DNA of 63,580 bases, filler included, from Octopus bimaculoides (taxonomy: Eukaryota): the NCBI RefSeq assembly GCF_001194135.2. It is 7 parts of 7 records of this genome, joined end to end, with 100 filler letters (N's around TTAATTAATTAA, not from the genome) between each part and the next. Parts side by side here need not be neighbours in the genome. Positions count along the whole stretch, not along the records: positions 38,151 to 46,446 come from NW_026310356.1; positions 46,547 to 59,932 come from NW_026369240.1; 5 more parts are not named here. One strand, 5' to 3'. The translations under genes were made by a program, and so were the position numbers. Under the pieces are notes generated by a model. It made no database searches and was not told where the DNA came from. It was given only the letters and a program-made list of their open reading frames with translations. This document shows, piece after piece, positions 38,430 to 50,797 of the stretch (position 1 is the stretch's first letter; every line of letters begins with the position of its first letter).

Positions 38430-41270
38430 TGGATGCCGACTCCTTAAAATCAAGGGGTTGGTAGATGGAACTTATCAGCCCAGGAAGGCAGTCCATCTAA
38501 GAGAGGTCAAACTTCAGTTCCAAAACCACCTACCTTTTCATCATACCCTCAGTCAAAATCCCTAAGGTAGACCAAGTTGTAGAGAAGAGAGACTTGCTGC
38601 ATAGGCAACTGTTGGTCTCCCGTAGTAACTCTGCTCAGATCTGCGCCCCGGTGAGGACAGTCCAGGTTTGCCTCCTCTTGATGGAACAAAACAGAAAGCA
38701 GATGTCTAACAGCTATAAACATGTATTCCATTGGCATGGAGCTTGGTACCAGGGCTAGCTTTTGAAAGAGGAAGAGGCCATCGTGTCTCCCTGGTCAGCT
38801 ACTGCCTGCCTCAAACTGTTAACCCATTATAGAAAGAACTGCTAAGTTTTAAATAGACATCACAACACAAGTCATGTCTTGTAGCATCAGGAACTCTAAT
38901 TGAGAGAGAAAGAGAGAGGCTATACTTTTTTTTTTTGTAGGGAATGGACTTGGGTGAGAATAAAGAACATGGCTGATGGCTTTTCCACAAGAAACTGCTG
39001 AAGATAGTAGAATCGAATGAGAGAGAGACGAAGTGGATTTCTTTGCTTCGCCTCCAATGGGCTTGTCAACCTTGTCAATGTCTCTATCCCAATCTGCTGT
39101 TCTAAGCAAGAGACAAAGTGTGAATTCTATGACCGACTCTCAAAGACAATTCATGAATCTCCAAACCAGGAACAACTGCTGCTTTTTGGTGACTTCATTG
39201 GTAGAGTGGGTGCTGATCATGTTTCCTGGCCAATCTGCTTGGGGTGGCATTGGATTGGCAGAATAAATAACAAAACTTTGTGAAATGTGTCACTTGCACT
39301 TTCAAAGTGTCTTGGAGACGTTCCTGCTCCAAACACTGATATCAATTTAACCTGATACAATATGTTGCCTCTTGGAGAATATTCTCGTGCCTCAAATGCC
39401 TTAGAGTGAAAACTGCAACATGGATCATGCACTTGTTTGCTGCAACCTAAGAAGATACATAATATGAAGTGATCTGGCAAGCGGTGCATTGCTACCAGCT
39501 TGATATGACACCAGTGAAAGCAGCAAAGTTCATCAGGTCACTGCAGGATCTCCTCTCTGCAGACCCACCAGATGGAGATGCACAGATAAATTTCTTTCAG
39601 GGACACCACCCTCATTACTATACTGAAGGCCTTTGGTAAGGAGCAAGACACAAGCCTGGTTGGAAGCAAGTTCAAATCAAGGCTACTACTGTCATCGGAG
39701 CAAAGTGTCTTGTGCTACTTGACCATAAATGCTACCCCATCCAGGGAACCATTCAGAACTAAAATGAGCAAGATGAAAGGTTCAGAAAAAAGCCAGACAC
39801 TGTGTGAACGGCTACTGGTTACCGTTTTGCGAAGTTATTCAATTGTCATTTGACACAGATGACATTTGTGGAATGTAGCAGTGGGCAAATCCAAGAAAGC
39901 TATCATCCCAACCATGAGCAGGACAGCACCATTGAAAATCATTTCAGACCATCATAGACAATAGCAAGCAGACAGGAAGATGGATTAAACATTAATCCAA
40001 ACTTTACTTCACAGTAAACAGCATCTTGGATAGTGTTTTAGGCAACATGGAATGTCTGCCAGTGATGGAAGAACTGGATACACTTCTGAAGAACCATTGA
40101 CTGTCTTCTCACTGGCCTGGAACCAGGTTTGAATGGTTCCTTAATGTGTATCAAAGACATCCTGTTGCATCACCTGCATGACTCACTGTGCCAGTGCTGG
40201 AAAGAAGGAGCAATGCCACAGGCCATGAGACTGCAGCACGGTCACCTTGTACAAGAACCAAGGAAATGGTACTGATTGTAAAAGAGTCTTTTTGTTGAGC
40301 ATTGTTAGGAAAGTCTTCATTTGTGGGGTCCTAAACAGATTGCAGAAAATGACCTCAGGTCAGAACATTACACAATTGACCCATTATCTTCTCCTTTGAC
40401 AATTACAAGAAAAATGCAGAGAAAAAGACAATCACTCCGCATTGCTTTGGTTGACCTCATGAAGGTCTTTGACCTTTTTGAGTAGAGAATCCTGTTCAAA
40501 ATTCTTGTCAAGATTGTGTGCCTTCCAAGGTTATCCATGATTGTTCCATCATTCTACACAGACATGGACAATAGCTTTTCCTTGGGGGCCTTCAGCATTT
40601 ACAGTGGAGTGAAACAGAGATGTGTGCTTGTCCTAATGCTGTTCAGTATCTTCTTGGTTTGTCATGCTTTTGGAACTTATGGTGTTTACTTTCATGCAAG
40701 GTCAGATGGGAAACTGCTCAGTCCGTCCTGACTGAAGGTAAAAAACCAAAGTATGTGATGTACATGGTGTTTGCAGATGTTTCAGCACTGGTGACACACT
40801 TGGCAGTGGAACTGCAATGCCTTATGGATGGCCCTACAAGAGCTTGTCAAGACTTTGGCTTGACCATCAGTCTGAAGAAGCATTGGGCCCAGGTATTGAG
40901 CACTCCTCTACTATTAACATCAGCAACTGTGAGCTGAGAGGAGTCTATGAGTTTGAGTATCTTGGTTCCACTATCGTCTCTCTCAAGTCTGAGATCAACA
41001 GACATCCTGAAAGAGCAGTCTATAAGAATCTAAGAAAGCTGTAAGCTAACTGTACACACGAAGGTTACAGTCTGCTGAGCTTGCATCCTCGATACACTGC
41101 AGTGTGACAGAGAAACCTGAAGCATCTAATTGAGACAGAAATGGTGTCACAATGCCTTCCACCTTCACAGCTTGAGACAGATTCTGAATATCAAATGGGC
41201 TGATCAAGTCACTAACAACAATGTTCTTCTTTGCACAGAGATACCCAGCATCCTCATCAAACTGACACCT
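38430..41270 (+). mobile_element. Near full-length but heavily decayed RTE-clade LINE (APE endonuclease plus RT)
   Basis: Endonuclease: KCEFYDRLSKTIHESPNQEQLLLFGDFIGRVGADH. RT: GVKQRCVLVLMLFSIF, MVFADVSALVTH, FEYLGSTI. C-terminus: AFHLHSLRQILNIKWADQVTNNNVL. Many stops and frameshifts. Confidence 0.9.
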
Positions 41271-41284
41271 CCATTGGCTGGCAC

Positions 41285-41550
41285 TTATTGTATTAGTCTC
41301 TTTTGCCGAACTACTAAGTTACAGGAATGTAAACACTGACACCAGTTGTTAGGCAGTGTTGGAGGACAAACACAAAGACACACACGCATATATGACAGGC
41401 TTCTTTTCAGTTTCTACTGACCAAATCCATTCACAAGGCATTGGTCAGCCTGAGGCTATAGTAGAAGAGATTTACCCCAAGGTGCCATGCAGTTGGACTG
41501 AGCGTGGAATCATGGTTGGGAAGCAAGTTTCTTATTACACAGCCTTGCCT
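41285..41550 (-). mobile_element. SINE family A, diverged copy at the 3' edge of the RTE
   Basis: Similarity to the reverse complement of the family A head and core. Confidence 0.8.
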
Positions 41551-42429
41551 CATATGTATATATACATATNNNNNNNNNNNNNNNNNNNNNNNNNNNNNNN
41601 NNNNNNNNNNNNNNNNNNNNNNNNNNNNNNNNNNNNNNNNNNNNNNNNNNNNNNNNNNNNNNNNNNNNNNNNNNNNNNNNNNNNNNNNNNNNNNNNNNNN
41701 NNNNNNNNNNNNNNNNNNNNNNNNNNNNNNNNNNNNNNNNNNNNNNNNNNNNNNNNNNNNNNNNNNNNNNNNNNNNNNNNNNNNNNNNNNNNNNNNNNNN
41801 NNNNNNNNNNNNNNNNNNNNNNNNNNNNNNNNNNNNNNNNNNNNNNNNNNNNNNNNNNNNNNNNNNNNNNNNNNNNNNNNNNNNNNNNNNNNNNNNNNNN
41901 NNNNNNNNNNNNNNNNNNNNNNNNNNNNNNNNNNNNNNNNNNNNNNNNNNNNNNNNNNNNNNNNNNNNNNNNNNNNNNNNNNNNNNNNNNNNNNNNNNNN
42001 NNNNNNNNNNNNNNNNNNNNNNNNNNNNNNNNNNNNNNNNNNNNNNNNNNNNNNNNNNNNNNNNNNNNNNNNNNNNNNNNNNNNNNNNNNNNNNNNNNNN
42101 NNNNNNNNNNNNNNNNNNNNNNNNNNNNNNNNNNNNNNNNNNNNNNNNNNNNNNNNNNNNNNNNNNNNNNNNNNNNNNNNNNNNNNNNNNNNNNNNNNNN
42201 NNNNNNNNNNNNNNNNNNNNNNNNNNNNNNNNNNNNNNNNNNNNNNNNAAGCTAGTCCAGGGGCACTGGCAACGATCTCACTCGAAAATCCTACAGGAGC
42301 CAGTCAGGCGGTACTGGCAATGGCCACGCTCAAAATGGTGCATCTCATGTGCCACCCGCACAAGAGCCAGTCCAGGGGCACTGGCAATGATCTTACTTGG
42401 CTTGCCGGGTCTTCTCACGCACAGCACAT

Positions 42430-42545
42430 TTCCAAAGGTCTCGGTGAGGCCCAATGTACGAAGGTCTTGCCTCACCACCTCAGCCCAGGTCTTCCTGGGC
42501 CTACCTCTTCCACGGGTTCCCTCAACTGTTAGGGTGTGGCACTTT
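42430..42545 (-). mobile_element. RTE LINE C-terminal fragment
   Basis: Minus strand reads TVEGTRGRGRPRKTWAEVVRQDLRTLGLTE (RTE GxRxRGRPRKTW motif). Confidence 0.75.
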
Positions 42546-42680
42546 TATATATATCAATCCGATGATTACTAAGCTGGCTGAAACTTTGAAGTCACTGTTA
42601 AAGAATATTCTTGTTAATGAATGATAAATTTGTACTCTACCAAATATATTGCATAATCCTTATTTATATATAAAGGGTAA

Positions 42681-43012
42681 AGACCCCCCTTTGGTCATGA
42701 ATGACCTAGGGATTGCACCTAAAAAGTTACCCTCCAAGGCACAAGTCTGGGCAAGGTTGTTTATGGGAGACCAGCAATCGCCCATGCATACCGGCCTCCC
42801 CTCTCCATGCCATCAATGTTATCCAAGGGAAAGTTAAAGGGGCTGATACAGCTTGGCACCAGTGACATAACAACTTATTTCTACAGTTGAATGAACTGGA
42901 GCAATGTGAAATAAAGTGTCTTGCTCAAGAACACAACGCATAGCCTGGTCTGGGAATCAAACTCACTACCTCATGATTGTGAGCCCGACGCTCTAACCAC
43001 TGAGCCATGCGC

Positions 43013-43015
<3 letters not shown>
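42681..43015 (-). mobile_element. tRNA-derived SINE family C (CORE-like central domain)
   Basis: Reverse complement of the 46053-46359 copy: A-box tggctcagtggttag and CORE-like ttcttgagcaagacactttatttcacattgctccagttca. Confidence 0.85.
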
Positions 43016-43056
<41 letters not shown>

Positions 43057-43762
43057 GATGGGTTTCTTACAGTTTCTGTCTATCACAAGGCTTTGACTAA
43101 TCCAAGGTTATAGTAGAGACACTTGCCCAAGGTTCTAGGCATTGAGGCTGANNNNNNNNNNNNNNNNNNNNNNNNNNNNNNNNNNNNNNNNNNNNNNNNN
43201 NNNNNNNNNNNNNNNNNNNNNNNNNNNNNNNNNNNNNNNNNNNNNNNNNNNNNNNNNNNNNNNNNNNNNNNNNNNNNNNNNNNNNNNNNNNNNNNNNNNN
43301 NNNNNNNNNNNNNNNNNNNNNNNNNNNNNNNNNNNNNNNNNNNNNNNNNNNNNNNNNNNNNNNNNNNNNNNNNNNNNNNNNNNNNNNNNNNNNNNNNNNN
43401 NNNNNNNNNNNNNNNNNNNNNNNNNNNNNNNNNNNNNNNNNNNNNNNNNNNNNNNNNNNNNNNNNNNNNNNNNNNNNNNNNNNNNNNNNNNNNNNNNNNN
43501 NNNNNNNNNNNNNNNNNNNNNNNNNNNNNNNNNNNNNNNNNNNNNNNNNNNNNNNNNNNNNNNNNNNNNNNNNNNNNNNNNNNNNNNNNNNNNNNNNNNN
43601 NNNNNNNNNNNNNNNNNNNNNNNNNNNNNNNNNNNNNNNNNNNNNNNNNNNNNNNNNNNNNNNNNNNNNNNNNNNNNNNNNNNNNNNNNNNNNNNTGTGT
43701 GTGATAACAGAACGTGTGTGCGTATGTATGTGTGTGTGTGTGTGTATGGTTTGGTGGTTTAT

Positions 43763-43807
<45 letters not shown>

Positions 43808-44117
43808 TGTGTCTGTGTTTGTGTAAATATTTACAATCGACAATAGACTACACTACACATGGTGGTGCCTCTGTTTGTAGCTGAGTGGGAAGCAGTGTCG
43901 TTTGTTGAAACCAATTGTCTGCTGGTTTGGCATTTTTGAATTCCTTTGCAGTTAAAGTTGCCTTAGTTGAAAAACAGGCAAGGGTTGCTGACTGGAAGAG
44001 CATCCAGCTGTAGAAATCCGGCTTCAAGTATCTCTCTGTCTGACCCTTACCTGCATGGAAAAACAGGCACTAAAAGAATCAATGAACAAATATATACTAT
44101 ACATACTTACATATATA

Positions 44118-44390
44118 TGCGTGTGTGTGTTTATATAGCTATACACATTTGTGTGTGTGCGTTTATATGGCTATACACATTTGTTTGTGTGTTTATATGG
44201 CTACACACATTTGTGTGTGTGTGTGTGTGTGTGTGTTTATATGGTTACACACATTTGTGTGTATGTGTATTTATACAGATATACACATTTGTATGTGTGT
44301 GCATGTGTGTTTATATGGATATACATGTATGTGCATGTTTGTTTATATGGATATATACATTTATATGTGTGTGTGTATATAAATAAATAC
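44118..44390. repeat. Minisatellite, ~26-30 bp unit (gtgtgtttatatggctatacacattt)
   Basis: About 8 diverged tandem units visible. Confidence 0.8.
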
Positions 44391-46052
44391 ACACACACAT
44401 ATATACATATAGATATAACACACACACAAATTGGTGTTTGTTTTTATGTGAAGTTATAATAAAAATAATTTAACCCTAAACTGAAGAATTACTCAATACT
44501 TTTTAGTAGGTGCCATGCAGTGGATTGAACTCAAGACCGTGTGGTTTGAAAGCAGGCTTCTTACCATACACCCATGGCTGTGCCTGTTGATAAAATATAG
44601 AAACATCTTGATTGGAGCTGCTCAATTGACAAATATTCTTTATGCGTATAATGACCCCGACTTTAAGAACTATTGCTACAAGGAATTCTAGATGTGAATG
44701 GAATTATAACCAATTTCATTTCTGTTGAATTTCTTGGGTAGCAGATTATTATTGTCTTAACACAGATACAAACAAGCTTGCTTATTGACTTGAGGGTACT
44801 CACTTGTTCTTCAGACATGAGAATTGAACAGGTTTTTACAGGTTGTCTTGTATGCTTTTACAATGTGTCTATGGTTCTACAATGAAAATCTTCCCGATTA
44901 ACCATGAGTTCTCACATCAGACGAAGTCATAATGTTATTTCCTTCTGACTTTCTCAGAGTGATTCATCAGCAAAGATATTGGAGTGGTTTGCCATTACCT
45001 TCCCCTCCTGGATGACCGTTTGCCAACAAAGAACTCATCCTGCTGGGTATCCAGACATCCTCCTCACAAGAGTAGCAAGCTACTCAAATAGGGGAACCAG
45101 TTTAGTCACTGACCACTTGACTATGGAACTGGTGGTACTGGTTTCCATGGTGCCAGTAGCAGATCTCCCTAACCTGTGTTGAGATCCCTGATCTGACTAT
45201 ATTACAGGTGGTTAACAAGTAAAAACACTAATGTAATACCTCAAGTTACATTTACGGTACCCAAGTAAGTCAAATATAGATCCACAAATTAGAAGTTTGT
45301 TTTCGTTAACAACCATTTAACTATAGAGCAGACAGGCACTAGCTGATATGCCATCATTCTTCATCTTTTTGGATAAACCTATTGGCACAGTAGTCCATTC
45401 ATCTACTCATACACACTGGCATTGAAAGAAACCTGCTTGTGTGATCTATTTTTGGACCAACCATCTCATACAACAGCATCTGCCCTGGCATATTAGCATT
45501 AACTAGCATACCTACATATCTAATTGTTGGAGAAATCAATCTATACAGTCCTCCATTTATGTACTCATATGCATTGGCATCATCAGATGCATGCCCCTGG
45601 GATCACCTTTTGGAGTAGTCGACAGGTACAGCCATTCGTTAGTCTCTCCATACACCCTGGTATCAACTAATAGACCTTGATACCCCAGTTTTTGCAATAG
45701 TCAGCTGATATCACAGACTATTCATTTGTCCCGATGCATTGATAGAAACAAGTCTGCTTACGTCATCACTTTCTGGAGCAATTAACTAATTCCCCCTCCT
45801 TCAACAATAGATGTGCTTCCATCACCCTCTTTCTATCCAATCAGTGATTCAGACTGATGCTATGTCAATTAGTGCTGCTGTTAAGTAGAATGGTAGACAA
45901 GATTACCTCCTCAAATTGTTGTTTGTGACCATCAAACATGAAACTCAGCTTAGAGTGACAGAACCAGTCCTCTTAATACAGTATACTTCACACTAACAGG
46001 GGACAGCAGATCAAGTTCAAATGTGTGTGTGAATGTAATATATATATATAGT

Positions 46053-46359
46053 GAAGGCACATGGCTCAGTGGTTAGAGCGTCGAGCTTACGATCGCGAGG
46101 TTGTGAGCCCAAATCCCGGACCGGGTTGCATGTTGTGTTCTTGAGCAAGACACTTTATTTCACATTGCTCCAGTTCACTCAGCTGTAGAAATGAGTTGTG
46201 ATGTCACAGGTGCCAAGCTGTATCGGCCCCTTTGCCTTTCCCTTGGATAACACTGGTGGCGAGGAGAGGGGATTCCATCAACAACCTTGCCCGGACTTGT
46301 ACCTTGGAGGGTAACTTTCTAGGTGCAATCCCATGGTCAGTCATGACCGAAGGGGGTCT
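46053..46359 (+). mobile_element. tRNA-derived SINE family C (CORE-like central domain)
   Basis: gaaggcacatggctcagtggttagagcg (A-box), degenerate B-box, CORE-like segment, tail ...gtcatgaccgaagggggtct. Confidence 0.85.
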
Positions 46360-46821
46360 CAGCATAAATATATGCATATATATATATATATGTATATATG
46401 TATATGTATATATGTATTCATATATGTGTATATATATATATATATANNNNNNNNNNNNNNNNNNNNNNNNNNNNNNNNNNNNNNNNNNNNTTAATTAATT
46501 AANNNNNNNNNNNNNNNNNNNNNNNNNNNNNNNNNNNNNNNNNNNNTGTGTATTGACATACCCATAAATAGACCAACCTACCCGAATGTACGTTTGTGTT
46601 GTGCGTGTCTGTTTGACGTGGCGGTGGTGTCAGTGTCACCGGCGCCCAATTTGTGTATTCACACCAAACCACCTCCAACCTTACCATGACCACCACCCGT
46701 GACGCTGGTTCCGCTTTGCTAGTCTCTAAATACAAGCTAACGTTTCTAGGCGGTTTGCGTTTTACTATTCACAGTTTAACAGCCGAAGTCCACACTTGCA
46801 CACAACGCACGCCCATATATA

Positions 46822-46866
<45 letters not shown>

Positions 46867-46933
46867 GATATACACATACACGAAAGGACACACATATGCG
46901 TGTGTGTATATACATGCTCACACACACGTACAT

Positions 46934-47097
46934 ATAGGTGCAGGCGTGGGTGTGTGATAAGTAGCTTGCTTACCAGCCACATGGTTCCAGGTTCAGTCCC
47001 ACTGCGTGACACCTTGGGCAAGTGTTTTCTGCTATAGTTTCGGTCCGGCCAAAACCTTGTAAGTTGATTTGGTAGACGGAAACTGAAAGAAGCCTGT

Positions 47098-47130
<33 letters not shown>

Positions 47131-47375
47131 TTATGTGTACGTGTATATCTGTGTCCGTTATCTTCCCCATCATCGCTTGACAACCGATGCTGGTGTGTTT
47201 ACGTCCCCGTAACTTAGCGGTTCGGCAAAAGAGCCAAGTCATGGGGACGATTTGGTAGACGGAAACTGAAAGAAGCCAGTCGTATATTTGTATATATGTG
47301 TGAAGAATATATATATATATATTCTTTTACTTGTTTCAGTCATTTGACTGCGGCCATGCTGGAGTACCGCCTTAG
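46934..47375. mobile_element. Cluster of SINE family A copies (+ copy 46934-47233, core fragment ~47248-47283, - strand tail ~47322-47375)
   Basis: Repeated family A head, core and tail motifs in both orientations. Confidence 0.85.
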
Positions 47376-48188
47376 CTGTGACAAGATTAAGATTTTGAGN
47401 NNNNNNNNNNNNNNNNNNNNNNNNNNNNNNNNNNNNNNNNNNNNNNNNNNNNNNNNNNNNNNNNNNNNNNNNNNNNNNNNNNNNNNNNNNNNNNNNNNNN
47501 NNNNNNNNNNNNNNNNNNNNNNNNNNNNNNNNNNNNNNNNNNNNNNNNNNNNNNNNNNNNNNNNNNNNNNNNNNNNNNNNNNNNNNNNNNNNNNNNNNNN
47601 NNNNNNNNNNNNNNNNNNNNNNNNNNNNNNNNNNNNNNNNNNNNNNNNNNNNNNNNNNNNNNNNNNNNNNNNNNNNNNNNNNNNNNNNNNNNNNNNNNNN
47701 NNNNNNNNNNNNNNNNNNNNNNNNNNNNNNNNNNNNNNNNNNNNNNNNNNNNNNNNNNNNNNNNNNNNNNNNNNNNNNNNNNNNNNNNNNNNNNNNNNNN
47801 NNNNNNNNNNNNNNNNNNNNNNNNNNNNNNNNNNNNNNNNNNNNNNNNNNNNNNNNNNNNNNNNNNNNNNNNNNNNNNNNNNNNNNNNNNNNNNNNNNNN
47901 NNNNNNNNNNNNNNNNNNNNNNNNNNNNNNNNNNNNNNNNNNNNNNNNNNNNNNNNNNNNNNNNNNNNNNNNNNNNNNNNNNNNNNNNNNNNNNNNNNNN
48001 NNNNNNNNNNNNNNNNNNNNNNNNNNNNNNNNNNNNNNNNNNNNNNNNNNNNNNNNNNNNNNNNNNNNNNNNNNNNNNNNNNNNNNNNNNNNNNNNNNNN
48101 NNNNNNNNNNNNNNNNNNNNNNNNNNNNNNNNNNNNNNNNNNNNNNNNNNNNNNNNNNNNNNNNNNNNNNNNNNNNNNNNNNNNNNNN

Positions 48189-48237
<49 letters not shown>

Positions 48238-48542
48238 CATACATATACACATATACATATATATATACATACACACACACATATATATACGTACACACAC
48301 ATATATATATACACACATACATACATACATGTACATACACAAGGAGTAAGAAAGGAGAGATTTAGTCCGTGTAGAACATAAAACAAGAAAAGCGTGTATA
48401 TAAAATACACACACACACACACATACACATATATATATATAAATGTATATACACACACTTCTTTTCCTTTCGCTCTGAGTCGATTAATCTAAAGCTTCTA
48501 TTCCCTTCAGTACTGTATATATACGTATGTATATATATATAT

Positions 48543-48670
48543 ATAGGCGCAGGCGTGGCTGTGTGGTAAGTAGCTTGCTTACCAACCACATGGTCCCGGG
48601 TTCAGTCCCACTGCGTGACACCTTGGGCAAGTGTCTTCTACTATAGCCTCGGGCGGGCCAAAGCCTTGTC
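48543..48670 (+). mobile_element. SINE family A head fragment
   Basis: ataggcgcaggcgtggctgtgtggtaagtagcttgcttaccaaccacatggtcccgggttcagtcccactgcg... Confidence 0.85.
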
Positions 48671-49058
48671 AGATTTTCGTGTGTGTGTGTGTGTGACCAA
48701 CACTTAACAATCGGTACCGGGATCAATTCGACTTAAATTCAAGGTAGTGCCACAGCATGGCCGCAATCTAATGACTGTGCCAATGGGAGTGACCTATACT
48801 GGCAGGTTGACCTGGTAGAAGTAGCAGCCAAATCTCCCTCAAATCACACCCTACTCTCTTATCTATGTATATATGTATGTGAGCCAATGAGGGAGACCTC
48901 TAGATGGTAGCTAGCCCTGCTAGAAATAGCAACCAAATCTCCCTCAAAACACATAGAACTGCCTGAAAAACAGGAGAAGCAGAAAGGAGATCCTTCACCA
49001 CCACCACCCCCATCTCTCCGTGCAATCACTTCATCTTTATTTATGCTATTTTCCACTC

Positions 49059-49074
49059 CAGTGCCCCCTAGCGG
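49059..49074 (-). promoter_or_regulatory. CTCF-type motif
   Basis: Minus strand CCGCTAGGGGGCACTG matches the CTCF core consensus CCRCYAGRKGGCRSTR at every position, in sequence not recognisably repetitive. Confidence 0.6.
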
Positions 49075-49630
49075 GGTACGTTTAAAGGTCTTAATTGTTC
49101 ATGGGGGACGTATTGTGGTTGTTGCTGATGTTGTTGTGGTAGTCACAGTTTACATATATTAAAAGGGCCTTGTTGTTAGNNNNNNNNNNNNNNNNNNNNN
49201 NNNNNNNNNNNNNNNNNNNNNNNNNNNNNNNNNNNNNNNNNNNNNNNNNNNNNNNNNNNNNNNNNNNNNNNNNNNNNNNNNNNNNNNNNNNNNNNNNNNN
49301 NNNNNNNNNNNNNNNNNNNNNNNNNNNNNNNNNNNNNNNNNNNNNNNNNNNNNNNNNNNNNNNNNNNNNNNNNNNNNNNNNNNNNNNNNNNNNNNNNNNN
49401 NNNNNNNNNNNNNNNNNNNNNNNNNNNNNNNNNNNNNNNNNNNNNNNNNNNNNNNNNNNNNNNNNNNNNNNNNNNNNNNNNNNNNNNNNNNNNNNNNNNN
49501 NNNNNNNNNNNNNNNNNNNNNNNNNNNNNNNNNNNNNNNNNNNNNNNNNNNNNNNNNNNNNNNNNNNNNNNNNNNNNNNNNNNNNNNNNNNNNNNNNNNN
49601 NNNNNNNNNNNNNNNNNNNNNNNNNNNNNN

Positions 49631-49693
<63 letters not shown>

Positions 49694-50734
49694 GTATGTA
49701 CGTTTACATACAGGAATATGTGTGTGTATGTACGTATATATATATGTGTGTTCACATACACGAATATGTGTGTATATAAATATATATGCATGCATACGGG
49801 TCTTTATCTGCACCAACATGCACGTGTGTATATGTGTGTGAATATATATGTGTGTGTGTATACGCATATAAATTAGGATGTGAGTGTGTGTGTGTGTGTG
49901 TGCTTACGTTTCACGCATGATTAACTGTACTGAAACGATCTTTCTAGCTTTTCATTTTAAACAATATACCCGGACACCCACCCTCTAGAAAAAAAATAAA
50001 AAACACAGATATAAAAAAAAGGACGAGAAATCGAAAATAAAGAGTCTGAATAAAACAGAGAGTGGCGGTTAGTTAGACTGAGTCCTAAATAAACTACAGA
50101 AATACATGTGTATATATGTGTGTATATATGTGTGTATACACCATATACTTACACCTCTCTTCATGTACATTTAATACGTAAATATACCCAAATATATACG
50201 TGTATATAGGTCGAAAATTTCGGTTAGAACGTATGTCGTGGGAAGACAGAGGTTCTGTTGTTCCAAGCTAAATCTCTCGTTGGAGGCAACGGTTAGTTTA
50301 AGTCTTTAGTTCTAATGCTAGCTACGAGAAATGTATATACATATGTATATATATATATATATATATACGCACACTATTTTGTAGATTAATTTCGCTACCG
50401 TTGGTTTGATGCGAAAATCTCGCAATTATGTGCTCATTTAAAAAACTTTGTTAGTCCGTCTCTATGTTCAATGAAGATACTTGAGATTACATGAAACTTT
50501 GCAGGACTTCAAACGCTGATTTGGTGATATGAAGTGAGTCATAGGACATACAGATGAGAGCAGGTAACTCACGTAGGGACTTCAATTCGTGAAAGCAATG
50601 GCAGTATTATTAAAGCTCAGATAGTGAATGTATTTGTTCGCCAATGAACAAATGTTATTTCCTCAAACCGCGGGTCGACCTAAGCCTTATGAAAGATATC
50701 TATCTATCTCTCTATCTATCTATCTATCTCTCTC

Positions 50735-50797
<63 letters not shown>

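Noticed and set aside
46053-46130. tRNA-like A/B-box sequences here and at other SINE heads
   Set aside because: No complete cloverleaf, and each continues into SINE body and tail, so they are tRNA-derived SINE heads rather than tRNA genes.
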